From Fistulifera solaris (taxonomy: Eukaryota), in the NCBI GenBank assembly GCA_030295235.1, contig AP026124.1, positions 1,984,001 through 2,048,000 of the forward strand: a DNA stretch of 64,000 nt. Reading direction: 5' to 3'. Shown here in pieces: positions 25,250 to 36,317 of the stretch; within the stretch, counting starts at the first letter, position 1, and the number at the start of each line of letters is the position of its first letter. Position numbers and translations under genes: made by a program. Under the pieces are notes generated by a model. That model did not search any database and was not told the origin of the DNA. It saw only the letters and a program-made list of their open reading frames with translations.

Positions 25250-26838
25250 ATGGCGGACGCTTGTGAAAACGCTGTTTTAACCCATTTGTCGCAATCCCCC
25301 GACGCTGTTATCAGCGACACGTTTCCGTGGTCGGAGGAAAACGGTTTTGATCACGGAGCGGTCGTCGGATGTATTAAATCGCTCGAGGTCGATGGCTATG
25401 TCGCCGCCGAATCGCTCTCGACGTCCTTCTACACCTTATCCGACGAAGCGGAAGGTATTCTAGCCAATGGAATTTCACAAGAAATTGCAGTCTTCAATGC
25501 AATTGTCGCAGCTGGATCGATATCGGAAGCGGATCTAATTGCTGCGGTTGGGAAGGATGTAGCGAAAATTGGAATGGGCAAGTGTATGCAAAATAAATGG
25601 ATTCAGAAAGAGAAAGAAACAAAGAGTTTAGTGCCCGCGGTAGCTGCTGGGGATGTGAAGGACGAAATAGTCGAGCAGTTACAAGCTTTGAGGGAGGGAA
25701 AATTTGCAGAGGATGCCATTTCGAGTGAGGTACGGCCTTGTCACGTTTTCATTTTCGTCTACCTTCTTTTTGACTCGCAACTCACTATCTCGAAGGTCAG
25801 TAAGGCTTTGAAAAAGCGCAAGCTTATCAATTTAACGATTAGAAAATCTATGAAAGTTGCTCGAGGACCTTCCTACGCGCCTGTACGAAAAAGAAAAGCG
25901 GCGGATCTCACCAAGGAGATGCTCGAAACTGGGGCTTGGCAGACAACCGAGTTTAAGCCTTATAACTTTCAAGCGTTCGGTGAAAAGGTGGGAGGTGGAT
26001 ACTTACACCCCTTACTAAAAAGTTCGTGCCGAATTTCGAAAGATTTTGTTGGAAATGGGATTTGCAGAGATGCCCACGAACAAATGGGTGGAGTCTTCGT
26101 TCTGGAACTTTGACTCCTTGTTTCAACCACAATCGCACCCAGCACGCGACGCCCATGATACGTTTTTTCATCAAAGAGCCAGCTTCCACTGTCTCTGTAC
26201 CGGAAGAGTATTATGAACGTGTGAAAACGATGCATGAAGTTGGTGGGTCGGGCTCTATTGGTTATCGATACGATTTCAAACGCGAAGAAGCCTTCAAAAA
26301 TCTTCTCCGAACGCACACTACCGCGGTTTCGTCGCAAATGCTTTATAAGTTGGCGAATCAGGAAGGTGGCTTCAAGCCTGCTCGCTACTTTTCCATCGAT
26401 CGGGTGTTCCGTAACGAAACCATGGATGCCACGCATCTCTGTGAATTCCATCAAGTTGAAGGATTAGTCGCCGACTACGATCTATCGTTGGGTGACCTGA
26501 TTGGAACGATTGAAACGTTTTTCAAGAAGATTGGAATCACCAAGCTACGCTTTAAGCCAGCTTTCAATCCTTACACTGAACCGTCCATGGAGATTTTCGG
26601 TTATCATCCGGATCTGAAGAAATGGACAGAAATCGGCAACAGCGGTATGTTCCGTCCTGAGATGCTTGCGCCTATGGAGTTGCCAGAGAATGTGCGTGTG
26701 ATTGCTTGGGGCTTGTCACTTGAACGTCCAACTATGATCAAGTATCGTATAAAGAATATTCGCGAGCTCTTTGGACACAAGGTTGACATGGGAAGAACAC
26801 GAACGGCTCCCGTTTGTCGCTTTGATAGTCAGGCTTAG
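25250..26838 (+). CDS. FARSA: Phenylalanyl-tRNA synthetase alpha subunit, cytosolic
   Basis: [85 protein letters not shown] and [11 protein letters not shown]. In-frame intron 25730-25795; homopolymer frameshifts near 26020 and 26165. Confidence 0.96.
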
Positions 26839-26887
26839 ATACTTTCGTAAACAAGATGTTCCATTGTACGGGAGCAAATAACACAAA

Positions 26888-29303
26888 CTAGTTATCAAAA
26901 TTCGATTGATCGTCCCAGTCATCGTCATCTAGGTGGTCGTCATGATTCCGATTTTGGTATCGAAAGGAGCCTCCAGGAGTTAGTCTAGCAGTCAGGTCAA
27001 CGTCGAGATCTCTAATGGAGCCAGTGATCGCATGCAGACCTTTGCTTCGACCCTTATTTCCTACTTTGCGGCCTTTTCTTTGACTCTTAGATTCTTTGGA
27101 AATGTCTCGCTTCATTCCTTGCAAATAAGTTTTGTATCCTGTTTTTGGCTGAAAGAAGTTGTCATTGAAATCAACTTGATATTGATTCGAATTGTTGGCA
27201 TTTATTGCTGCAATCTTCTTGTTGGATACGCGGATACCGGCATAGATGTTGAGCAACGCTGACTTCATTTTCGGTGGATCAAGAATGTTTCTCATCGGCG
27301 TCGAGTCGAATAAGTCGTCTTCATTTGAAGACTTCGACGGATTGCATAAAGCTTGAGATGGTTTCGCTTTTACAACTGGGGTCTTGATTAAAGAATACCA
27401 TTGATCGCGGCACTGCCCTGGTGACTTGCCGTCAACGGCTGCGGCTACTTGCTCCCAAAAGGTTCCCGACATCGGATTGGATTGCCGATGAGCTTGCTTT
27501 AATTGCTCAAGTTGTACAGGTAGCCATTCTGTTTTACCTTTCACATCGATTGGATTATCAATGTCGGGTATAAGATAGTTGTCATTTGCCGCGGTCCAGT
27601 TATCACGATTTTTGAACACTTCGTCTTGTTTGGGGTCCTTTTCGTCGCTCTCCGAACTAGTGGCCGATTTCCTTTTTGAAACTTGGTGATCGCCAGACTT
27701 GGATGCATTGCTTTCTGTTAGGCGTGAGGAACTGTCGACAGCTATCTCATCGGAGAGGCTTTCATAAACAAAAATGTCTGGGCTGCTGCCTGATCTCGCG
27801 GAAGGTGTGTAGAAGGCTGTTGGCTTTCTATTGCGATTGGATCGTTTGATAGACACAGCGGAGTCAACAGCATTCAGATGATCCCTATTTTGACTGTGTG
27901 GTGAGGATTCCACAGGTTTTACTTCATTTGTGAATGAACCATTACAACTCTCAATTGGCTTTGGAGATGAACCTATGACGGAAGAAGTTGACGATTTTTC
28001 GTTCCTAGTACCTTCCTTCAAAGAAGAGCTCAATTTTTTCTGTCTTCGTCGATCATTTCCTTTTACGGGTGAAAGATGATTACACGATGACACTGCCGCA
28101 TTCAATGACTGGTCGTTGGCACGAATCGTTCCTGAAGTTAGAACATTCTCTTCAATGGAATGGAAAAAGTTTGTTGGTTTCCTCGGTCTTTGTGATCGCC
28201 GAGTTTGCTTCTCACTGTGATCACAACATTCATTGGCAACAGAACAAGATGGTTCAGTGATATTTGGTGATGATTCGACGTCAATGTTCTTCAGAGCAGC
28301 GGAACCCTTTCCGGGGGATTTTCTTGGTTTTACTGGACGTCGTAGTTGTTGAACATTCAAAGTTTCCTTTTGATTCTGATCACCAGATTCGTCCACAATA
28401 CTACCCGATGGATCAGAATTGACTGTCAATTCGACGCAGGATTGTTTCCAAACAATGCAGTTTCCCATCGGGGAGACCTGCACGGTTGAATTTAAATGAA
28501 CGACGGGTTTTGAGCGATCCAACAGCGTCGCCATGCCGGATTTATTCGGCGTTTTCTTTCGATCCTGCTTCTTCGGCCCAGATGCTAAGCTAGGAGATGA
28601 AACGCGTTTCTCGTTTTTGAACATTCCCCTTGGTATAACTTCAATCGAGACCGGCAGCCATGTTCTATCACTGGGCTTAGGTGAATGTATGGTCAGTCGT
28701 TCCATGAGACTCACGAGCCCCATACTGTCTGAATGGATTGGTCTTTTCGGCCGTCTACTGTTTTTCACCTGCATTAAAGTCCCTTCTCGCGAGACTGCAA
28801 GGCCCTGCGTTTTGTCGCTGATATCGAGTGAGTTGCGGAAAAAGTTGCTAGCCCATCGCTAGATGACGTTTTTTCGGGCGTCAAAGAGCCCTGACCACTG
28901 GTAACTTCATCACTTGCGAAAGAATTAGCCATGCTCCGATTTTTGGAAGAATGGTGTCTGCAAGATTCAGGTTCAGTCAGCAGTTTTCTCGTAAGCGCTG
29001 GCTTTCCTTTTGTCTCCTTTTGAGACCTCATGGAGCCATTCATAAAGGATGCTAGAACACCTCCAGTTACAGAATGCTTTCTTGCAATTGTTTTCGGTGC
29101 TTTGTTTAGGAGAGAGTGCATTGATTCACTATCCTTCGTTTGAACGACTTGAATTTCTTTATTTGTCACCCGACGGCTGCATCTCACATTAGTTACAGAC
29201 GCTAGAACCGACGTTGTATTTGAAAAGTGAACTCTTCGCTTAACCTCTTTTGCATTTTTCTTCTTTCGTCTTGGGTTCTCTGTTGCTGGCAAGGCTGTCC
29301 ATT
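26888..29303 (-). CDS. SANT/Myb-domain nuclear protein, KNL2/M18BP1-like candidate
   Basis: SANT-like WLPVQLEQLKQAHRQSNPMSGTFWEQVAAAVDGKSPGQCRDQWY followed by EDDLFDSTP. Two R-S-x-R-x-R-K-P-x-x-aromatic-aromatic motifs. ORFs 28774-29292 and 26888-28774 can be joined by one base near 28780. Start uncertain. Confidence 0.6.
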
Positions 29304-29807
29304 ATGGTCAGCCGGACCTCCCGTTTCTTGGCTGGTCGACCCATAGATGCGAGAGAATCGCCTTCTAAAGTCGGAAAGCGATGCAATGAGTAAGTCATTT
29401 TGATTCAGATTGTCGATAAAAGTATTGTATGTAGGAGTGTTAGAACCACCAAACTCAAATATCGCCGTCCATTTTGTTTTCATCCCTCTCGTCACGATTA
29501 TTTTGTGGCCCTCCAAGTGCTGACGGGCGCGCTTTGCGGCACCATTGTACAAGTTGGGACTATACCGAAAAAATATAGTATTCTGCCTTTAAGATGAACA
29601 TACTATTTTACTTAAGAATCTGCTACGCGCGACGGGTACAGTATAACTTGCAGTGTATCCCTAGTAAAGTCACGTCTCACATCTCTGATGCATGACGTCA
29701 TCTCGGCCTGTCGTTTTTTCGCCTTGCTTCCTCGCCATCGCTGTCATACAACAAATGTTCGTGAATGTCATGGTCAAGACGCGTTATTAATACAATTTCC
29801 TGTCCCA

Positions 29808-30557
29808 ATGATGAGAGCGCTAAACAACATAGTTTCGAGAATATGTGTGCGCGGCGGTGAGAAGGCTCAAGAATATGTAACGGAACGCTCATTTCGTCAG
29901 CTTTTGCAAACGGTAAAAACATCCCTCTATTCGACCAGTGGTAAGGATCGGCGGTAGCATTTTGTTTTATCTTTTCCCCTTACTTAGTCATTTCGAACCA
30001 AGCTGTTATCAGGCAAAAAGCAGTTCCAATCGTGTTCATAGAGTCCGATGGCACCGAAAAAGAAGTGATGGCTGAGATTGGTAAGAACCTTCTCGATGTG
30101 GCGCATGGTAACAATGTCGAATTAGAAGGTAAGTAATCAGACTGGAAATTTATGCTACCAGGGATGCTGAATTTTGATATTTTGGGCATTTGATTCAAAT
30201 TACAGGTGCTTGCGGTGGCGAGCTCGCCTGTTCGACATGTCACCTCATTTTTGAAAAATCGATTTACGACAGTCTTCCCGCAAAAACGGATGAGGAAGAA
30301 GACATGCTAGATCTTGCCTTTGAAGTGACTGAGACGTAAGTGGAGCACAAGATGGTATTTATTGCAACTATAGTGTGACTTACTTCGAAGTTGTGGGAAC
30401 TGGCAGATCGCGCTTGGGTTGCCAAATTTTAGTCCGAGACGAATTATCCGGAATGAAGGTTAGTCGTTGTTTCTGCTAACTGTTTCTTGCCAAGGTTTGT
30501 GTCGCTCAATGTTTCCATTTGATTGGATAGGTGCGGATCCCCGACGATAGCTTTTAA
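29808..30557 (+). CDS. Mitochondrial adrenodoxin-type [2Fe-2S] ferredoxin (5 exons, mostly missed by the ORF track)
   Basis: Introns 29941-30012, 30129-30205, 30336-30406 and 30459-30530. Spliced product: presequence + [81 protein letters not shown]. One A-run frame break near 30015. Confidence 0.93.
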
Positions 30558-31141
30558 GGATATGTTCTGGAGCCATTCAAGTGTGATATAAATTCCCTAA
30601 TTGTGTTCATTCTGAAGGGAAAGCGACCGAATGGCTTGTCGTCCGATCTCTTTTATCGTTTCTAGGTAGCCTTGCCAAAACTGTGAGCCATACCTAGCAT
30701 TGTTTATGTTTGGGTACCGAAGACGGTAGACTACAGTCTAAACGTTGGAGCAGAGATGGGAATATCACCGAGACTCTGTAGAAGATAATGTACTAAATCG
30801 ATTTAAGTAAAATTGTTCGCGCACTATTTATATCAGGCGTGACCATACCCAACGGATAAGATCTCTCCGTTGGATGATATAACTGGACAAATTATGTCGT
30901 TGCGGACTACTTTTGGCCATCTATCTAGTTGTTGAATCATCATCACAAGATTGACCCCGCCGTCTTTTTCTGGAGAATGTTTTTCAACGAATGAATTTGA
31001 AAACGCCTCCACGCTCAGTTGAGGGGACCTTTTTCGAATGGAGGAATCATCGTTTCACGATAAATAATACAGCGTTGCCGCAACATCTTGCTGACTCTAT
31101 CATATTTGGAGCTTTCGTTTAGAAATTAAAAATTGTCGATC

Positions 31142-32637
31142 ATGCCGTACAATCGATACAACAATAGCGAAGACGATGAAGATGCGGATGGAGTCGATAC
31201 TATCGTAAGGAATGCAAACATTTTCCTCGACGGAGAATCTGTAATCCTGCCCGAGTCGACCTACGGAGACGACCAATTCGCCGACGATGTGTCTTCCATT
31301 AATAGCTCCATTCATCCAAATAGAGACGTGGTAACTTTTGAAAACGATCTTCCGACCAGCTCGCGACAGCTGAAAATTAAAGGGATCAGCCCACAAACCA
31401 AAGACACGACACCCAGCTTCATCGAAGAGAAGTCCCGAACATCGAAAGATACACGGAGTGTACCGACGTCGCAAAGTCAGCCCACCGAAGTTGCATCATC
31501 CTCATTCGTGCCTTTATGGGTCCGACAGGCACCGACTTGGCTTAAGATTGTCTTTTTTAGTCAGTGTACTGCTCTTGGTCGGGGCGATGGTTCTCGTTGT
31601 CGTGGGACTTGTTTTAGCCATGTCTTCGAATGATGAAGACTCGAATGCGTTGACGGGTGGGGGCAATGGTACCTTTCCGCCCAGTACGCAGACGACGTTG
31701 GCTCCGGTGGCGACTCCTACTATCGACGAAACATTACCACCAACGTTTCCACCGAGTGATTTTCCAAGTACAACGATGCCTTCGCAAATGGACGCGGATC
31801 GTCTCACAATTTTCGTCACAATGGGAGAATTGGGAGAGGAGCTCGAGCAGCTATCGTCGATTCCTACCGCTTCCGGCAATTCGTTTTTAGTGCATTTAGG
31901 AAATTGGAACACCGACATTTTAGAAGATGGATGCGAAGACATTGATTTTGATGAAATCAAAAGTGTTTACTCGGGTTCTTCCGTGCCTGTCTATTTTGTC
32001 GTCGGCGACAGTGAATATGGCGGTAAGTTCAGGTTTGTATTGGGCTTTTAGATTTCGTTTTGTACTAATGGTCGCTTTGTGCTTTCTAGAGTGTTCGGAT
32101 CCAGCCAGTGCACTGGATGAATGGAGAACTAACCTCGTCGGCTACGAGAGCGAGCACTGGGAATCACCTCCTTACCAAGTGTCCCGCAGTGAGCGAAATC
32201 CGGAACTGTTTGCGATAGAAATGGGAAATACTGTTGTTTTGAGTTTGAATGTTGGCCAGGTACAAGCGGATGGGGATGACAGGGAGGCTAGCAGAGTATC
32301 GAACGAAAGCTTGAGATGGATTGCGGCTCTCTACGAGCAGAATTGGGAAGTCCAGCGCAATTTCATTCTGCTTTCTAGTCAAATCTTTCCCGGGAATGAT
32401 GACCAAAGTACACGTTTTTTTGAAAACTTGCTAGCCGAAATTCCGACGTACGATCTAATCCAATTTTACTGGATCCAAGTAGGAGACGAGCAGAACCTGG
32501 ATATATTGTCGCAGTACGATGATATCGAAAATCTTGATGTTATAACAGTGGTCAATCAGCCATGGCCATTACTCCGAGTTGTGATCAACACTTCAGATGT
32601 TGCTGAAGAACCAATAACATTTGGTTACGCTAACTGA
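31142..32637 (+). CDS. Type II membrane protein with a degenerate calcineurin-like metallophosphoesterase domain
   Basis: Acidic N-terminus, TM helix (after a T-run frameshift near 31555) and Pro/Thr stalk. Then TIFVTMGE, FLVHLGNW and SVPVYFVVGDSEYGEC, spliced across intron 32023-32089. Confidence 0.65.
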
Positions 32638-32674
32638 GAAAGTAGCAAGAGGTAATCTATTAAATTGTCATGTT

Positions 32675-34991
32675 TTAATCTCTGTCCTCGACGCGATAGG
32701 TGAGCCATTTCGGCGATTCCCGAGCCATTTCCGTGAATTCTCTGTCAGTTGGCATCGTACTCTGCAAGAACAATTATAAGTTAAGGACATGTTGGATCAG
32801 CATCGCAATAAAGAAAACGCAATACTCACTTTAATGTGACCGAGCGGGAAGTAACAGCTTACGAAATTACCAACCATCGGAAACGATTTCATAGGCTCTG
32901 AAATTGCCACGCGGTTATATACATTGCCTTCTGTCACGGCTTTGTCTTCAGGAAGGAAATACGCTATATCGTGATTTTCACAAAAGGAAATGAGACCAGC
33001 ATTTTCGGGGTCAATCACAAGCGCTACCTGGTCGCATGCATTGGTCACATGGAACATGATCACTATCGGTGCAACAACGTCCCACAGAGTTGTATCGGAA
33101 CAAATCAGGAAAGTTTTTGACTGCACGGGGGTCTTTGCAGACCCCACAGTGCCGTCCTGGATGTACCAAAACCTTCTTTCGGATTGATTTGGGTAGCATC
33201 CCTAATGTAATCGATGATGGTAAAGCAGTATCCTTGGACAAATGGGTCTTTTATTTGAGCAAGGAGCGTCTTGACACTTTCTGTGTAGGAATCATCCATT
33301 TTTAGGTCCTTAAGATAGTCCAGCGAATATGACGCATCGTAAGATGGATTGGAACTTGGTACGACGACTGGAAACTTGGTGTAGTTTTTCAAATCACTCC
33401 GCGGAGGGAACTCTCCAAAGATTTCTGCCTCTTGAGGGCGTGCTTGGCACGTCAAAGCAGGCGGCATCTCTGGGGTGTCACAGCTACCAACTGTATTCAC
33501 AACCATCCCCGTCCTTTCAAATAACCGTAGGAGCAGAGGCATACTGTCTTTTCGAGGACCATTAACGGCCAAGCTTATAGGCTGGTTTTCGTTGAGCCAG
33601 TTCGCGACACGATCCAAGTTAGAATCATCCTCAATATCTAGCTTGGAGAAATCCACGACTACCTTTCTCCAGAACTCATTGATTCCTGCTTGCGGCAAGT
33701 TATCTTCGATCTTGATGTATGCGTCAACTTCCTTATGAACATGGTAGCCTATACTTGGACGCTGTGTTCCTTTATGCTGGGCAAAAATCCCAGCAAACAC
33801 AGATTTCTTAACCGCTTCGGTACCAGTCTCGAGTGGTTGTGTATGATCAAAAATCGACATGAGATCGCCATCTTGAGCGGTCTTTGGAACAACACAATGA
33901 CGTAAGGCTGTACATTGACCCGAACTCTCAATTGTCGCGCTGATTTGGATCGCGTTCTTAACGGCGTCAGTGAGTTCTGTGGCCACCATCGTGTTGGGAC
34001 CTCCCGTCGATGCAATTACTTTGGGATAAGATTTCATGATTTCGGCGGCCAATTCCCTGGAGGATGTGGTGTACAAGTTGCCCGTGTAATTCTCACATGA
34101 CTTAGTAATGTCTTTGATATCCTCTAGTGAACACGACAAAAATGTGATCATACCCGGATCGATACCGTGCTGCACGCATAGTTGAACCAACAGTTCCACC
34201 CATCGATAAGCATGTTGTGCCGTGTTGGTCCTTCCGAGTATAACACACGGAATTCCAACTTCCAGCGAGCGTATCGTCTTGCGAAACAAATCCAGAAAAT
34301 TAGTAAAATTGGAAACACAACTCACGTAGATTGCTTGCCGATTTATGAGAACTTTTCCATGGGCTTCATCTCGCAACAATAAATCATTCAAACGTTGCTC
34401 CACCACATTGGCCATGATGGCTTCCTCAATCTCGGTGATACCATCTTGCTTCATGAAATCAAGACACTGGTTGCCGATCAAGAATCCGGTGTACTCATCT
34501 GACAGTAATATCTTTTCAATTTTGCGCATCGGTTGCCGGAGATCTTTGTAAGGAGAATCAAAGTCTCGAATGTGTTGTTTGAGCATTTCGACCTGTTCTG
34601 GTGATGCCAGCCATTGGGAACCATTTTCCTCACCCAACGCGTTGATTGTTGTCACCATTGTTCCGCCTTTTAGTTTTTTTACCGTAGAGTATCGTTGTCA
34701 TCTATAATATGATTGTGTAGTGTGCCAGCCAGAAGGAAACGCTCGGTGAGTTCAGTGACGACAGATTTGATGGTGTGTTGGTCGGTCACTTACGGGAGAA
34801 TCGTACCACAACTGACGATCAAAAGCGTCCAAATAGGTCAAAGCACTTTGGCGGAGTCTCGCAGGATCGGGTGTGGGAAGGTTATTGAAGCAAGCCGCAT
34901 ATTCTGTGGTACCAAAGTGAAAACTCATCGTACGACGGCTTCTGTAAAAAGGATTACAACGAGGAAAGACGGACCGCAACATTCGACTCAT
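32675..34991 (-). CDS. Divergent aldehyde dehydrogenase-superfamily protein (P5CDH/PutA-like), mitochondrial-type presequence
   Basis: ALDH-like motifs CVSNF, IASTGGPNTMV, SATIESSGQCTALR and EAEIFGEFP. Introns 34702-34793 and 32762-32829; frame breaks near 34675 and 33128; ends ..ESPKWLTYRVEDRD*. Confidence 0.7.
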
Positions 34992-35458
34992 TCTTAACTA
35001 AAGTAGTGTGTTGAAGAAAAAGCAGAGAAGGATGTCGAACTAGTTCAAGCTGTAAACGATGATTGTGATAGCACATTTGCGTTCCGAAGAACAGTTGCTT
35101 TGCAGAAGCGGTGTCAAAGATTTTTCTCTGTTCGGATTTTATAGCGGTATCATACATCATCATACCGCAAAACTGTCCCGCTCGTGACTCAGAATCTTAG
35201 CATCCCATTCCGATGCCGTGCTTTTCTAGCCTAATAAAAGGTGTCGCTAACATTCACGTCAGGTGGATGTTGGCTTTCAAAAGCTGTGTAGCAATCTATA
35301 ACCATTGTTTTACGAAAGTCTTTTTAACCAAGGGGACGTTTTCAGAAGTCTTTCTTATTTCGATAAATCGTTTCTATATTGCGTGACCTGTACACGTGAA
35401 ATACTCTAAAATTCGAATTAATTAGGCCGACGTTTGACGCTAAAACCTTACAATATTT

Positions 35459-36031
35459 TTATTCGTCCGGTTTTAAAAGCTCATCTTCAGCTTGTCTTAT
35501 CTCTTGCAATAGACCATGTAGTCGTTTTCTTTCATCGACGGATGGCTTGTTCACCATGACCGTCTGAAAAGCAGCGCGGGCGGCCCCGGCTAGTTGATGA
35601 ATACCAACTTTAGCATCCGATATTATGTTGGGGTTGCAATGTGGTAAAAATTCTTGAATTGCTAGAATATGTGAATGGCATTTCTCAACCAGCGTCGTCG
35701 GTACAGCGAGCGCTCTGGCTTCAATGCTCGCCTTGTCCTCGTCGGATAACGAAGAATCTTTCCAGGTTCGTTGAAGATCGGCATAGGCTTCAGCATCGTC
35801 ATCGGCTACCTTCAATAAATCCTCCAGATGGATAGAATCGATCAAAGCCTGCGCCTTGGCTGCCGCGCCACTTTCGATATCTTTCTTGCGTTGTGTGTAA
35901 GCCGCAGCCATACTCGCCGCGGAGGCGCCAATCGCCGCACCCACCGCCGCTGCCGCGCCACCTCCGGGAGTTGGTTGTTTGGCGGCTAATGAGTGAACAA
36001 ATTTACCGATCTGTTGAGAAGAAGTCGCCAT
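35459..36031 (-). CDS. Stand-alone formiminotetrahydrofolate cyclodeaminase/cyclohydrolase (FTCD_C domain)
   Basis: FVHSLAAKQPTPGGGAAAAVGAAIGAS, DDDAEAY, ALAVP and CNPNIISDAKVG..AGAARAAFQTVMVN, typical of FTCD_C/FchA proteins. Intronless. Confidence 0.88.
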   Translation of the reverse strand: MATSSQQIGKFVHSLAAKQPTPGGGAAAAVGAAIGASAASMAAAYTQRKKDIESGAAAKAQALIDSIHLEDLLKVADDDAEAYADLQRTWKDSSLSDEDKASIEARALAVPTTLVEKCHSHILAIQEFLPHCNPNIISDAKVGIHQLAGAARAAFQTVMVNKPSVDERKRLHGLLQEIRQAEDELLKPDE

Positions 36032-36317
36032 TGTCAAGGGAATTGTGAATGTATTGTAGTCCGAATGAATAATCATTACCTGGTACCGTACCAGTACACC
36101 CAGGTATAGCTCGCGGCCGTCGTCATCTCGAAATTCACGGATGCAAAACAGACAACTAAGGTTAGTGCTAGTTCTCAAAAAGTTCTTGTCAAAATAGTTC
36201 GCCTAGCTGGGGTGAGAAAAATAAAAGGCCGACCTGAAATTTCTATATGAATAGCTTATTGCCTCGTTCTTGGCATTTTCATGCCTAAGAACGTTTTCAA
36301 GCATTTTGGCTATTTGC

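Noticed and set aside
10846..36031. Folate gene cluster (MTHFS and FTCD_C)
   Set aside because: They are 24 kb apart with many unrelated genes between; probably coincidence.
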